This document shows positions 62,810-64,000 of a stretch of DNA of 64,000 nucleotides, piece by piece. The position numbers were made by a program, and so were the translations under genes. The notes beneath the pieces are model-generated. The model searched no databases and was not told where the DNA came from. It saw only the letters and a program-made list of their open reading frames with translations. How positions within the stretch are numbered: position 1 is the stretch's first letter; each line of letters begins with the position of its first letter. This DNA is from Raja brachyura (lineage: Eukaryota). The DNA lies in NCBI GenBank assembly GCA_963514005.1, contig OY740811.1, positions 12,152,001 to 12,216,000 of the forward strand, in the 5' to 3' direction.

Positions 62810-62966
62810 AAAAGGACACAAAATGATTGAGTAACTCAGTGGGTCAGCCAAAATCTCCGGAGAACATGGGTCGGCGACGTTTCGGTTCTGGACCCTTCTT
62901 CAGGGCGGCGACGTTTCGGTTCGGGACCCTTTTGTAAACCAGCATCTGTAGTTCCTTGTGTCTACC
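62810..62966. mobile_element. Fold-back Penelope-like fragment with tandemly duplicated hammerhead segment
   Basis: ggcgacgtttcggttctggacccttcttcag followed by ggcgacgtttcggttcgggaccctt. Sits inside an antisense CR1 remnant (62770-63056). Confidence 0.75.
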
Positions 62967-63074
62967 CAGCCGAACCAATCTGTCCTTATAACTCAAGCCC
63001 TCCAGTCCCAACATGATCCTTGTGAATCTCTTCTGTATCCTCTCCAGCTTAATTGCACCTTTTTCAGGATGATT

Positions 63075-63705
63075 TGTTCAAGTGGAGAGAAATACAGCAA
63101 ATACAGTTTAATGCAAAGCAGAATTTAGTATTGCATTTGGAGAGGTGAAAAAGGCAAGGACTCATGCAGTAAAAGGATGGATGTAGAAAAGTGTGGAGGA
63201 GCAGAGAAATCTTGGAAAATAATTTAATAAAGCTTTGCCTTTGAATGGAACTTGTGTTGTATATTTATCTACAGATTTGTATACGAAGCAGAAAAGGACA
63301 AGGCAGTATGGTGATTAAAGGGTTGCTTTCCTCCAAGCAGAGAATATAAGAACAGTGAGGTTATGTTAGTGTATCAGGCTGTATCTGGAGTATTATGTAC
63401 ATCTCGGGTAATTACATTGCAGAAAAGCTGCGGTTGCAGCGAGAGGGTGCAGAGAAGATTTATGAGGATGTTGCCAGGACCAGAAAATTAGGGTTGAATT
63501 GATAGGCTGCGGTCGTTCCCCAGCTCTAGTGGTTGAAGAGAGACTTAACCCTCATCACATTTAAGCAGTACTCGGATGTGTATTTGATGAGCTGTTACCT
63601 GCAGGGCTACCGACCAAATGTTGGAAAGTAGCGTTAGGTTGAGTAGCTGTTTGACTTGGAATGGAACAGATATGCTGGGCCAAATGGCCACCTATGTTGT
63701 ACATT
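63075..63705 (+). mobile_element. Degraded CR1 LINE 3' fragment
   Basis: gagagggtgcagagaagatttatgaggatgttgccagg (ERVQRRFMRMLPG) and tail ctgggccaaatggccacctatgttgtaca. Confidence 0.65.
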
Positions 63706-64000
63706 TTCAACAGTTCTTTTGTAGTTAAATGTAATTTTGACATTTTTGTTTATACAAGAAAAATAAACAAAACACCCAATTCAAAGCTGTTCAATAACAT
63801 TTACAGTACAGATTAATGAAAAGGAAACAGTTTAAATTTGGTGGTTGTTTATGCCAATGCCAATTTTCACATAATACTGTTTAAATTCTCAGACCACAGC
63901 ATAATTAAAAACACTTTATACAATCCCTTACTATTTTGTGGTGGAAGAATATGGGATGCTTTGAATCTTGTTCTGACCAGTTTGCCAAAACTATTTTGAA

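Overview
AT-rich eukaryotic (vertebrate) genomic DNA with no host protein-coding exon that I can recognise, so it is probably a long intron or intergenic region. The repeat complement (CR1 LINE tails, V-domain and Deu-domain tRNA SINEs, Penelope-like elements) points to a cartilaginous fish such as a skate or ray; that assignment is inference. There is a 200-N assembly gap at 52261-52460. Mobile DNA dominates the window: a full-length decayed IR/DR Tc1 element, a hAT/Charlie-type MITE, two copies of a composite non-autonomous hAT-like element with 5-bp TSDs, two PIF/Harbinger MITEs, Helitron-like fragments, a Gypsy integrase remnant, and many CR1/L2/SINE fragments. The most interesting signals are RNA-level. 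(1) A ~133-bp TSD-flanked retroposon (51643-51775, minus strand) begins exactly at G1 of a minimal HDV/CPEB3-like ribozyme fold that lacks P4. (2) About 20 short Penelope-terminus insertions occur, many carrying a minimal hammerhead motif (CUGAAGA-A-GGGUCUCGACCC-GAAACGUH) and many arranged as fold-back pairs with 10-18-bp TSDs. One is still attached to an open GIY-YIG endonuclease frame, and one has captured a 72-nt copy of DNA from 820 bp upstream. All calls were made by eye without database searches, so family names and the boundaries of old repeats are approximate.
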